This document shows positions 36,889 through 46,519 of a stretch of DNA of 64,000 nt, piece after piece. The notes under the pieces are model-generated. The model was not told the origin of the DNA and searched no databases. It saw only the letters and a list, made by a program, of their open reading frames with translations. The stretch lies in NCBI GenBank assembly GCA_965140705.1, contig OZ223300.1, positions 1,472,001-1,536,000 on the forward strand, in the 5' to 3' direction. This DNA is from an uncultured Arcobacter sp. (lineage in GTDB: Bacteria; Campylobacterota; Campylobacteria; Campylobacterales; Arcobacteraceae). How positions within the stretch are numbered: position 1 is the stretch's first letter; each line of letters starts with the position of its first letter. A program made the position numbers and the translations under genes.

Positions 36889-38223
36889 ATGAAAAAAATC
36901 ATTATAACAATTGGTTTATCAGCAATTTTGTTTTATCTTTTGAGTTTCTATTTTTCAACTCAACATGCAACCTTAATCTCTATAATATTTTTACTTGTAG
37001 TATTATGGTCAAATGAGGGCTTAGCTTTAGGAGTTGTATCATTATTGCCTATTTTACTTTTTCCATCTTTTGATATATTAAGTACCAATGAAACAGTTTC
37101 CAATTATTCCAAATCAATAATTTTTCTGTTTTTAGGTGGTTTTATGATAGCAATTGCTACTCAAAAAACAGAGCTACATAAATATATTTCAAACAAACTT
37201 TTAACACTTTTTCCAAATACCCCAAGGGGAATTATTTTTTCACTTGCTATTACTTCTGCTTGTTTAAGTTCACTTATTTCAAATACTACAACTGCACTTT
37301 TATTGATTCCAATTGCTATATATCTAAGTGACGATGTAAAAGTTAGACTTAGATTTGTATTAGCTATTGCGTATGGAGCAAGTATTGGGGGAATTGTTAC
37401 TCCAATAGGAACTCCACCAAATCTTATTCTTTTAGGTTTTATGGAACAACATCACCTTGAAGCAATACCTTTTGTTAAATGGATAGTATTAACAGCTCCA
37501 TTAGCAATGGCAATGTTAATAGTGATTCCTTATGTTTTATCAATAGGGTTAAAAAATTCTGTTATTGATGCTAGTTTACATAAAGTTAAACCTTTAACTA
37601 GCGATCAAAAAAGATTGATATATATTCTTGGGTCTTTAATCATTTTATTGTTTGTAAATTCAAAAATAGAGCCTTATTATATGGGATTAGGTCTAAATGA
37701 AAAAGGAATACTTCTTGGTTATGGACTTTTGATGTTTTTACCAAGAATTGGTTTTTTAACTTGGGATGATACTGTAAAAGTTCCATATGAAATTATGTTC
37801 TTATTTGGCGCAGGTTTTTCTATTGCTATGGCATTTTCGAAAACAGGTTTAGCTGATGTTATTGCACATCATTTATTATCCTTAACAGGATTGCCTGTAG
37901 TTGTATTAATACTCTTAGTAGCTGCTTTAGTCACATTTACTACAGAGATTACCTCAAATACTGCTTTAATATCTGTTGTTCTTCCTATTCTTTATTCACT
38001 TGGTGATGTAGGAGGAGTTGATTTAGCACTAATTTTATTCGTAGCAACTATTTGTGCTTCTTATGCCTTTATGTTGCCGATTGCAACGCCTCCAAATGCT
38101 ATAGCCATGAGTAGTGGAGTAGTAAAAGTAAGTGATATGGCAAAATATGGATTGATTTTTAATATTTTAGGTATAGTCTTTATTACAATTATTGCTATGG
38201 TTTATTGGCAATATAGTATATAG
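36889..38223 (+). CDS. SLC13/DASS family anion:sodium symporter
   Basis: ISNTTT, GGIVTPIGTPPN, TSNTA, FMLPIATPPNAI. Confidence 0.92.
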   Translation: MKKIIITIGLSAILFYLLSFYFSTQHATLISIIFLLVVLWSNEGLALGVVSLLPILLFPSFDILSTNETVSNYSKSIIFLFLGGFMIAIATQKTELHKYISNKLLTLFPNTPRGIIFSLAITSACLSSLISNTTTALLLIPIAIYLSDDVKVRLRFVLAIAYGASIGGIVTPIGTPPNLILLGFMEQHHLEAIPFVKWIVLTAPLAMAMLIVIPYVLSIGLKNSVIDASLHKVKPLTSDQKRLIYILGSLIILLFVNSKIEPYYMGLGLNEKGILLGYGLLMFLPRIGFLTWDDTVKVPYEIMFLFGAGFSIAMAFSKTGLADVIAHHLLSLTGLPVVVLILLVAALVTFTTEITSNTALISVVLPILYSLGDVGGVDLALILFVATICASYAFMLPIATPPNAIAMSSGVVKVSDMAKYGLIFNILGIVFITIIAMVYWQYSI

Positions 38224-38278
38224 CTTCACAATTAATTAACAATAACATGTTAATATCTATAAAATTTAGGAGAATAGA

Positions 38279-39010
38279 ATGAAAAAGATTTTTAAAATGA
38301 TGCTTTTATTTAGTATGTTAATTTCATTGAATACCTTTGCATCAACAGAATTAAGTAAGAGTGAGGTTAATGAAATAGGTAAGCTTCCAATATTTTTTGG
38401 TTCAGGAATGAAAGTATTAAAAGCATATAAAGAGGATAATTTTTACCTTTTAAGAGTAAATATTCAAGAAAATATTCAAGAGTTAGTTTTAACTGCTGAT
38501 AAGAAATATTTAATAGCAGGTAAAATTTATAATGTTCTAAATGGTGAACAAGTTTCAATACCTAATGATGTGTCGATTTTAAAAGATAAAGAAATTTTAA
38601 CTTATGGTACAGGGAAAGATGTTTATTATCTATTTACAGATCCTGAATGTCCATATTGTAAAAAATTTGAATCATATTTTGATCAAATTAAAAATGATGT
38701 TCAATTCAAAATTTATCTTTTTCCTTTGAGTTTTCACAAAGATGCAATACCTTTATCTAAGTATATTTTATCATTTAAAACAAATAAGGATAGAGTAAAT
38801 GCACTATTGAATGTAACCCCTAATACAAAAGAGTTTTTGGATAAAAAATTTACTAAAGCACAAGATGAAGCTTTAACAAATGTAATTAATGCTCAAATGA
38901 AATTAGGAGAAAAGTTAGGTGTAAGAGGAACTCCAACATTATATGATATACATGGAAAAGCACTTTCATGGGTAAAAGTTTTAGAAAGATATGGAGTAGA
39001 AGTTAAATAA
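38279..39010 (+). CDS. DsbC/DsbG-type thiol:disulfide interchange protein
   Basis: Signal peptide, FTDPECPYCK, GVRGTP. Confidence 0.88.
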   Translation: MKKIFKMMLLFSMLISLNTFASTELSKSEVNEIGKLPIFFGSGMKVLKAYKEDNFYLLRVNIQENIQELVLTADKKYLIAGKIYNVLNGEQVSIPNDVSILKDKEILTYGTGKDVYYLFTDPECPYCKKFESYFDQIKNDVQFKIYLFPLSFHKDAIPLSKYILSFKTNKDRVNALLNVTPNTKEFLDKKFTKAQDEALTNVINAQMKLGEKLGVRGTPTLYDIHGKALSWVKVLERYGVEVK

Positions 39011-39013
39011 TAT

Positions 39014-41215
39014 ATGCAAGAGATATTTAAAAAATTAGATTTAGAAGAGTATTTATTAAAATTTTCAAAACTAATGGCAAGAGAAAAGTCAATTGTTTTA
39101 GAAGGAGATATAAATTTACACTATAGACTTATAAATGAATTAAGTAAATATGAATTAAAAGAGCCAGAAAAAGTTGTAAATCTTGATGATAAGATAGTGC
39201 ATATCCAAAAACAAGGTACTTTAAGAGTTGAAGATATTTATGAATTTATAAAGATAATTAAATATTTTCTTTATCTAAAAAGATTTACTTTTGAGGGGAA
39301 ACTTTCTGAATGGATAGATAAAATATTAATTCCACTAGATATTGAAAAAATAGTTGATTATTTTGATTCTAAGGGTAATTTAAAAGATGGAATTGATAAA
39401 GATTTAGACATGATAAAAGATGCTCTTTATAGAAATAAAGAGTCCATAAAACAAGCACTTCATAAATCTATAAATAATAGTAAACTAAGACCATATTTAG
39501 TTGATTCACAAGTGCATTATGTAAATTCTGAAGAGACTTTATTAGTACGTGGTGGTTTTAATAATATTATTAAAGCAACTGTTGTGCATAGATCTAGTTC
39601 TGGATTTTTCTATATTTTGCCACACTCTATTTCTGAACTCAAACAAAAAGAATCAGATCTTAAAAATAAACAAGAAGAAGTTTTACTAAAGGTTTGTAAA
39701 AGTATCTCTTCAACCTTTGAAAAGAATTTGCTTTTTCTAAAATTTGTAAATAAAGAGTTTGATAGAATTGACCACTATATTTCAAGATTATTTTTTGCAA
39801 AAATTGATGATAAGAATTTTATTATTCCCTCAAAAAATGGTAAAAATATTTTAAAAGAGTTTGTTCATCCAGCACTTCATGGGGGAAAACCTATCTCTAT
39901 TGATTTTTCAAAATCAGTTATTATGATTACAGGGGTAAATGCAGGTGGAAAGACAATGATGCTTAAATCGATTCTTTCTGCTGTTCTTATGTCAAAGTAT
40001 TTGATACCTTACAAGGCAAGCGAACACTCTTCTATAGGATATTTTAAAAATGCTTTAGCAGTTTTAGATGACCCTCAAAGTGTAAAAAATGATATTTCTA
40101 CTTTTGCAGGTAGAATGGTAGAATTTTCAAAACTTTTTACGCAAAAAGATGTGATAGTTGGAGTTGATGAAATAGAACTTGGAACAGATTCAGATGAAGC
40201 GGCAAGTTTATTTAAAGTAATCATTGAAGAGTTGATTGAAAAAAACATAAAAATAATAATCACAACTCACCATAAAAGATTGGCTGCGCTTATGGCTGCT
40301 AATGATAAAGTGGAACTTATAGCTGCTATTTATGATGAAGAGAATCAAAGACCAACTTATGACTTCTTACAAGGGACAATAGGGCGGTCATATGCCTTTG
40401 AAACAGCACAAAGATATGGAATTCCTATTAATGTAGTAAAAAAAGCAAAAGAAGTTTATGGTGATGATCAAGATAGATTAAATGAATTAATCGAGCGAAG
40501 TAGTGCTTTAGAGATGGAGTATCAACAAAAAATAGCTAAATTGGATATGGAAATTGATAGACATCAAAAACTAAATAAAAATTTAAAAGAAGCAAAACAA
40601 GAGCTTGATGATCATATAAATATAGAAAAATCAAAACTTCACAAAGAGTATAAAGATGCAAGAGATGAAGCTAAAAAAGCTATCAAAGCTAAGATATACC
40701 AAGAGTCTCATCAACACTTAAATATTGCACATAAAAAAGTAAAAGATATAACAGTAGAAAAAGTAGAAGAAAATTATAACTTCAAAGAAAAAGATAGGGT
40801 TAAATATAAAAGCTCAAAAGGTGAGATAATATCTGTAAGAGGTAAAAAAGCTTTAATTCTAACAGATGCTGGAATGAGATTGCATGTTAATATAGATGAA
40901 TTAAGACCTTCAGGAAATGAAGTTAAACCAAAAATTAAAAAGAAAACTACAATTAATGTAGAAAAACCCCAAGGCGGACATGTAAATATTGATTTACATG
41001 GTTTAAGAGGTGATGAAGCAGTTGAAAAGCTTGATAAGTTTATCTCAGATTGTTTGATTTCTGGTTTTGATGAAGTTTTAGTTTATCATGGTATTGGTAC
41101 AGGAAAATTATCTAAAATAGTAAAAGACTTTTTAATCAAACATCCAAATGTTAAATCATTTACTGATGCCCATCCAAGTCAAGGTGGATTTGGTGCTAAG
41201 GTTGTAAAATTATAG
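39014..41215 (+). CDS. mutS2: Endonuclease MutS2
   Basis: ITGVNAGGKT, STFAG, DEIELGTD, TTHH, Smr domain IDLHGL...HGIGTG. Confidence 0.95.
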   Translation: MQEIFKKLDLEEYLLKFSKLMAREKSIVLEGDINLHYRLINELSKYELKEPEKVVNLDDKIVHIQKQGTLRVEDIYEFIKIIKYFLYLKRFTFEGKLSEWIDKILIPLDIEKIVDYFDSKGNLKDGIDKDLDMIKDALYRNKESIKQALHKSINNSKLRPYLVDSQVHYVNSEETLLVRGGFNNIIKATVVHRSSSGFFYILPHSISELKQKESDLKNKQEEVLLKVCKSISSTFEKNLLFLKFVNKEFDRIDHYISRLFFAKIDDKNFIIPSKNGKNILKEFVHPALHGGKPISIDFSKSVIMITGVNAGGKTMMLKSILSAVLMSKYLIPYKASEHSSIGYFKNALAVLDDPQSVKNDISTFAGRMVEFSKLFTQKDVIVGVDEIELGTDSDEAASLFKVIIEELIEKNIKIIITTHHKRLAALMAANDKVELIAAIYDEENQRPTYDFLQGTIGRSYAFETAQRYGIPINVVKKAKEVYGDDQDRLNELIERSSALEMEYQQKIAKLDMEIDRHQKLNKNLKEAKQELDDHINIEKSKLHKEYKDARDEAKKAIKAKIYQESHQHLNIAHKKVKDITVEKVEENYNFKEKDRVKYKSSKGEIISVRGKKALILTDAGMRLHVNIDELRPSGNEVKPKIKKKTTINVEKPQGGHVNIDLHGLRGDEAVEKLDKFISDCLISGFDEVLVYHGIGTGKLSKIVKDFLIKHPNVKSFTDAHPSQGGFGAKVVKL

Positions 41216-41229
41216 AAAAGGTAATAGGT

Positions 41230-42048
41230 ATGGACAAAGAGCTTGAAAGTTTACAGAAGTTTTACGATGTAATTATAGAATTTTTTGTTAATTATAGTTT
41301 CCAACTAATTGGTGCAATTATCATATTCCTTTTAGGTTGGTATGTTGCAAATAAAGTTTCTGCTTTTGTTAAGAAAATTTGTGATAAAAATGAACTAGAT
41401 GTTACACTGACTAAGTTTGTTGTGAATATTATCAAGTTTTCTATCATCATTGGTGTGGGAATAGTTGCTGTTGGAAAGCTTGGAATTACTCTTACTCCTT
41501 TTATTGCTGGTATTGGTGCTGCATCTTTAGGTGCTGGCTTGGCTTTACAAGGAACACTATCTAATTATGGGGCAGGACTTTCTATTATCATAGGACGTCC
41601 TTTTGTTGTAGGTAATACTATTAGTGTAGATGGTGTTTTTGGAGTAGTAGAAGAAATTAGACTTGCACATACAATTCTTTCAACTGAAGATGGTGAAGAA
41701 ATAACTATTCCAAATAAACACATCATTGGTGAGATATTAGTTAATTCTTTTGAGTATAGAATAGTTGAATCTGTTGTTGGTATTGACTATGATTCTAAAC
41801 CTGAAGATGCAATTTCTATTATTGAAAATATTTTAAATCAATTTGATGCAGAAATTATTTCAAAAGAGGCTAAAGCTCAAGTTGGGATAAAAGAGTTTGG
41901 TGATTTTTCTATAAATATAGAGTTAAGATATTGGGCTCATACTAAACATTTTTTTGAAACTCAATACAAAGTAAATCTTGCTATTTTTAATGCTTTAAAA
42001 GAGAATAATATCAATATTCCTTTTCCAACTTATACTATTAAGAAGTAG
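41230..42048 (+). CDS. mscS: Small-conductance mechanosensitive channel
   Basis: GLALQGTLSN, RPFVVG, ITIPN, GIDYD, IPFP. Confidence 0.9.
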   Translation: MDKELESLQKFYDVIIEFFVNYSFQLIGAIIIFLLGWYVANKVSAFVKKICDKNELDVTLTKFVVNIIKFSIIIGVGIVAVGKLGITLTPFIAGIGAASLGAGLALQGTLSNYGAGLSIIIGRPFVVGNTISVDGVFGVVEEIRLAHTILSTEDGEEITIPNKHIIGEILVNSFEYRIVESVVGIDYDSKPEDAISIIENILNQFDAEIISKEAKAQVGIKEFGDFSINIELRYWAHTKHFFETQYKVNLAIFNALKENNINIPFPTYTIKK

Positions 42049-42054
42049 TTTTTA

Positions 42055-44679
42055 CTACTTCTTTTTTATATCTATTGCTAGTGGTAATTGAACATATTTT
42101 GCTTTTTTGTCATCTAATACTTCTATTTCTGGGTTAATAAATAATCTGTTATCTGTAATATTATGTTTTTCCAATAGATATTTTTTTACTTCTTCTATTC
42201 TGTTATTTGCTAATGTTTCTAATTGTACTTTTGGAATATCTATTTTGGGTAAGATAAGTGCTTTTATTTTAGAGATATAAGCTGTTTTATCTAGAATCAT
42301 TTTATCTTTATCTTTTATCATTGATTCTTTTTTTAATTTATTAAGTGAAATTGATCCATTATATATAGACTCTAAAGCCAATAAATATTTATCACCATCT
42401 TTGAAACTTTTACTCTCTTTAGAGATTAACTCATCTAATTTTCTATTTTGCAAAGCAATTTTATCCTTGATTTTATCATAAGCAGGTTTGATTTTTAAAG
42501 CAAGATTTGGACGTTTGGCAAATGCTTTAGCAATATTATCTAAAGTCTCTTTTTCTGAGTCAATTAGATTACTCTCCCCATAAACAAACTCTACTTTTTT
42601 TATTTCATCTGCACTTACACCTAAAATTGAAGCTAAAAGTGAAAAAGGAGAAGCAACTGATTTAATAATAAGATTTGTAAATACTTTCCAAACAATTGGT
42701 GCTACAGAAAATTGTGGATCATCTAAATTCCCATTAATAGGTAAATCAATATTAATAATTCCATCAGAATCTTCTAATAGAGCGATTCCAAGTTCTAAAG
42801 GTAGGTTTGAACCATTGTTTTTGTCAATCAATTTTCCAAGTTCAATTTTATCAATTATTACACTATTTTGAGCATTCAAGTTTGATTTTTTGATATTATA
42901 GTGTAAGTCCAAATTTAATTTTCCTTGTTTAATATCTCTTCCTACAAATTTATCTGAATAGGGAGTAAAACTTTTCATATCTATATTTTTAAATATCAAA
43001 CTTACATCTGTAAGTATTTTAATATCATTTAAATCAACAACTCCTGTAATCTTTGTATAACCATATTTATCAATTTTACCTATGAGTTTCAATTTTGTAG
43101 GTTTTGAACTCTTTGAGTTAAGTTCTGAAAACTTACCATTTAATTTTGTAATATTAGTTTTAAAGGGTGCTTTTAGAGTTCTGTCTTCAAATAATAATTG
43201 ACCATTTTTAATATCTATAGGACCGATATCTAAAAAAGTGCTCGATTTTTCATTATTTGTATTTGTCTTTTTTGTCTCTTTTTTTGCAGCTTTTTCATTA
43301 GCATTTTTATTTTTTCCTAATACTATTGAAGTATATGAATCTGGAATATCTACACTTGATAATTTGATTTTGTCATTGTCTTTTAAAAACTTGTGTAGAT
43401 TTATCTCTATATTTTTAGCTTCAATTTTTGTATTATCAGAGTTATTATTTATTTTTATATTTTTTGTTCCAACAGTTGATTCATCAATTGTAATATTGTC
43501 ATTTATAATCGATAGTTTTTTCAATAATACATTTATATTTTTTGCATCTACTGTAGTTTTATTTTTTAAATCATCATATGAAAAATAAGAGTTATTTATT
43601 GCAAAAGAGTTCAAATCAACTAACCAAGGTTTACTTTTTGTTGTTTTATCTTTCTCAATACTAGGTTCAGCTGTATTTGAACTATTTATTAGATTATCAG
43701 TGTTTAATGTATTATTTTTATATGATGAAATATTTGCAAAAAGCTTATTTAAAACTATGTTTTCGATACTTATTTTTTGTTTTGTATAGTCAAAATTTAA
43801 GTCTTTGAGTTCAAGGCTTTTTAATCCTGCTAGTGTTTCTTTATTTTTGACAATATTTAAATCTTTTAATTCAAGATTTACTTTATTTATATATAGTTCT
43901 ATGTTTTTAGAGGTATCAAGATTATATCCTAAACTTAAATTTAAAGTTGGATTACCAATTGTGAAGTTTAATAAATCTTTTGAATATCCTACATATTCAT
44001 TTGCATGAAGATTTTTAAGTTCTATTTTTCCATACATCTTAAAAGGTATTAGTCTTAATCCACCCTCAATGAATAGTTTTGTATTTTTATTTATAATCGT
44101 ATTAAGACTATGAGATGCTAAAGAGTTTTTTAAAGTACCTAAGTCATAAAAAGTATAGTTAAAGTTATGTATTTTTGTTATAGTTTTTTTTGAATTAAAT
44201 ATTTGAGTAAAAAGAAAATCTCCATTTAAAATTTGAATCTTCGTAATTTCAAATAATGGAATAGAAGATTTTTCATTTGTTGGTTTATCTTTAGTTTCTA
44301 CTTTTTGTGGTTTTAAAATAGAGGCTAGATTTATATTTCCATTTTGGTCTTGAACAATATTTACATAAGGTTTTATAAGATTTATTTTCTTAAAGCTAAT
44401 ATGATGTTCATGTATTGATTTAAAAAGAGAAAAATCAACTTCAAAACTTTTAAACCCAATCAATTTTTCATTTTTATTTGATATGGAAAAACCATTAAGT
44501 TTTAAAGCCAAAGTATATGGGTTGAAACGTACTTTTTCTAATTTACTTTTATAAATGAGTAAATCATCAAGATTTTTTATTATCTGATCTTTTGCAACAT
44601 ATGGCACTAAAAAGAAACCTATGAGCGAATAAACCACAAATACAGATAATAAAATTTTAATAAATAGGTTATTTTTCAT
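42055..44679 (-). CDS. DUF748/AsmA-like envelope protein
   Basis: N-terminal TM anchor (YSLIGFFLVP), FNPYTL, LPL..ALLED..G.I.IDLPI.G.LDDPQFS, SPFSLL. ATG 44679 follows GGAG. Confidence 0.82.
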   Translation of the reverse strand: MKNNLFIKILLSVFVVYSLIGFFLVPYVAKDQIIKNLDDLLIYKSKLEKVRFNPYTLALKLNGFSISNKNEKLIGFKSFEVDFSLFKSIHEHHISFKKINLIKPYVNIVQDQNGNINLASILKPQKVETKDKPTNEKSSIPLFEITKIQILNGDFLFTQIFNSKKTITKIHNFNYTFYDLGTLKNSLASHSLNTIINKNTKLFIEGGLRLIPFKMYGKIELKNLHANEYVGYSKDLLNFTIGNPTLNLSLGYNLDTSKNIELYINKVNLELKDLNIVKNKETLAGLKSLELKDLNFDYTKQKISIENIVLNKLFANISSYKNNTLNTDNLINSSNTAEPSIEKDKTTKSKPWLVDLNSFAINNSYFSYDDLKNKTTVDAKNINVLLKKLSIINDNITIDESTVGTKNIKINNNSDNTKIEAKNIEINLHKFLKDNDKIKLSSVDIPDSYTSIVLGKNKNANEKAAKKETKKTNTNNEKSSTFLDIGPIDIKNGQLLFEDRTLKAPFKTNITKLNGKFSELNSKSSKPTKLKLIGKIDKYGYTKITGVVDLNDIKILTDVSLIFKNIDMKSFTPYSDKFVGRDIKQGKLNLDLHYNIKKSNLNAQNSVIIDKIELGKLIDKNNGSNLPLELGIALLEDSDGIINIDLPINGNLDDPQFSVAPIVWKVFTNLIIKSVASPFSLLASILGVSADEIKKVEFVYGESNLIDSEKETLDNIAKAFAKRPNLALKIKPAYDKIKDKIALQNRKLDELISKESKSFKDGDKYLLALESIYNGSISLNKLKKESMIKDKDKMILDKTAYISKIKALILPKIDIPKVQLETLANNRIEEVKKYLLEKHNITDNRLFINPEIEVLDDKKAKYVQLPLAIDIKKK

Positions 44680-44760
44680 AGAAATCTCCAAATAATAAGT
44701 TAACTTATTATAGCAAAATAAATAACAAATTTGATACAATAGCCATCTTAAAGGAATTAG

Positions 44761-45861
44761 ATGAATATTATAGAGTTATTTCAAAAATTATTAAGATTTA
44801 AATCACTTACACCTGATGATGATGGAGCTTTTGACTTTATTGAAGAGTATCTTGGGGATACTTGGACTTGTATCAAAGTTGATATGGAAGGTGTAAAAAA
44901 TAGATTTTATTATAAAAAGTTCAATGATAAAAAACAGCACTTATGTTTTGCAGGACATATTGATGTAGTACCTGTAGGGCAGGGTTGGGAAATAGACCCA
45001 TTTGCAGCTGATATAGTAGATGGAGTAATAAGTGCAAGAGGTGCTCAAGATATGAAAAGTGGAGATGCAGCTTTTTTATATGCTTGTAAACATGCTCAAA
45101 ATTTTGATGGAACTTTAAGTATTTTGATGACAAGTGATGAAGAGGGTGAAGGAACTTACGGAACTATCAAAATGCTTGAACAGCTAAAAGAGATAGACTT
45201 TATACCAAATTATGCAGTTGTAGCAGAACCAACTTGTGAAGAAGTTTTTGGTGATGCTATAAAAGTAGGAAGACGTGGAAGTATAAATGGATATATTACT
45301 ATAAAAGGTAAACAAGGACATGCAGCATATCCAGAAAAATGTATCAACCCAGTTCATAACTTTGCCTCAATTTTACCAAAACTAGCAGGGCATAACTTAG
45401 ATGATGGTGATGAATATTTCGCCCCATCAAAGATGGTAATAACTGATATAAGAGGTGGTATGGAAGTTACAAATGTAACACCAAATGAATTAAAACTTAT
45501 GTTCAATGTAAGAAATTCAACAAATACCACAAGAGAGTCTGTAGAAGAGTTTATACATGAAAATCTAAAAGGTTTAGAATATGAGTTTAAAACAACACAA
45601 GGCTCTTTTCCTTTTGTGACAAATAAAGAATCAAAAGTAGTTAAAGCTATGGAAAATTCTATAAAAGAGGTTTTAGGCGTAACGACAAAACACTCAACAC
45701 ATGGAGGAACAAGTGACGCCAGATATTTTGGAGCCTTTGGAATAGAAGCCATAGAGTTTGGTGTTATAAATGATACTATTCATAGCGTAGGTGAGCGAAC
45801 AACCGTGAAAGAAGTAGAGGGCTTAACCGCTGTGTTTGTGGATTTGATTAAGAACTTTTAA
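44761..45861 (+). CDS. dapE: Succinyl-diaminopimelate desuccinylase
   Basis: FAGHIDVVP, RGAQDMKS, TSDEEG, GRRGS, GHAAYP, GGTSDAR. Confidence 0.96.
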   Translation: MNIIELFQKLLRFKSLTPDDDGAFDFIEEYLGDTWTCIKVDMEGVKNRFYYKKFNDKKQHLCFAGHIDVVPVGQGWEIDPFAADIVDGVISARGAQDMKSGDAAFLYACKHAQNFDGTLSILMTSDEEGEGTYGTIKMLEQLKEIDFIPNYAVVAEPTCEEVFGDAIKVGRRGSINGYITIKGKQGHAAYPEKCINPVHNFASILPKLAGHNLDDGDEYFAPSKMVITDIRGGMEVTNVTPNELKLMFNVRNSTNTTRESVEEFIHENLKGLEYEFKTTQGSFPFVTNKESKVVKAMENSIKEVLGVTTKHSTHGGTSDARYFGAFGIEAIEFGVINDTIHSVGERTTVKEVEGLTAVFVDLIKNF

Positions 45862-45943
45862 AAATAAATTGCAAATTGTAATAAAATTGTAACTAAAGAG
45901 TTCTTTTCGATAAACTTTTCAAAAAATTACATAGGAAGAGTTT

Positions 45944-46486
45944 ATGGAAAATTTACCACAAGAAATAATCCAGAGTAGAATCTACGAAATCCGTAATTTA
46001 AAAGTTATGTTGGACAGTGACCTAGCAAAACTGTATGAAGTAGAAACCAAAAGAATAAATGAAGCAGTAAAAAACAACCCTGAAAAATTTCCTGAAGATT
46101 TTTATTTTGAACTCAGTGAAAAAGAGTTTGAGATTTTGCGGTCGAAATTTTCGACCACAAAATTTTCCAAAACAAGAACCTTGCCTAAAGTCTTTACTGA
46201 ACAAGGTGTTTATATGCTTGCAACCGTATTAAAAAGCAAAATTGCTACAGAAGTTACAATAAATATCATGCGTACCTTTACAAAGCTTAGAGAGTTTGCA
46301 CTTACATACAAAGACATAGTAATAGAGTTAAAAAATCTAAAAGAAGATTTAAAACTAAATCAAAATCAAACAATAGAAAATACTCAACACATAAAAACAG
46401 CCTTTGAACTGCTTACTCAAATACTTGAAGACACAAAAAAGACAGATGATAAAGTGATGGGGTTTAGAATAGAGAAAAAGAATTAG
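45944..46486 (+). CDS. ORF6N domain DNA-binding protein
   Basis: IR..KVMLDSDLAKLYEVETKRINEAVK.N..KFPEDF.F.L, FTEQGVYMLATVLKS, C-terminal MGF. Confidence 0.9.
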   Translation: MENLPQEIIQSRIYEIRNLKVMLDSDLAKLYEVETKRINEAVKNNPEKFPEDFYFELSEKEFEILRSKFSTTKFSKTRTLPKVFTEQGVYMLATVLKSKIATEVTINIMRTFTKLREFALTYKDIVIELKNLKEDLKLNQNQTIENTQHIKTAFELLTQILEDTKKTDDKVMGFRIEKKN

Positions 46487-46519
46487 ATATAATAAAAAGA
46501 TAGAACTAAGAGGTGAAGT

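Noticed and set aside
36306..36902. 198-aa minus-strand ORF opposite mog
   Set aside because: Antisense shadow of a highly conserved gene.
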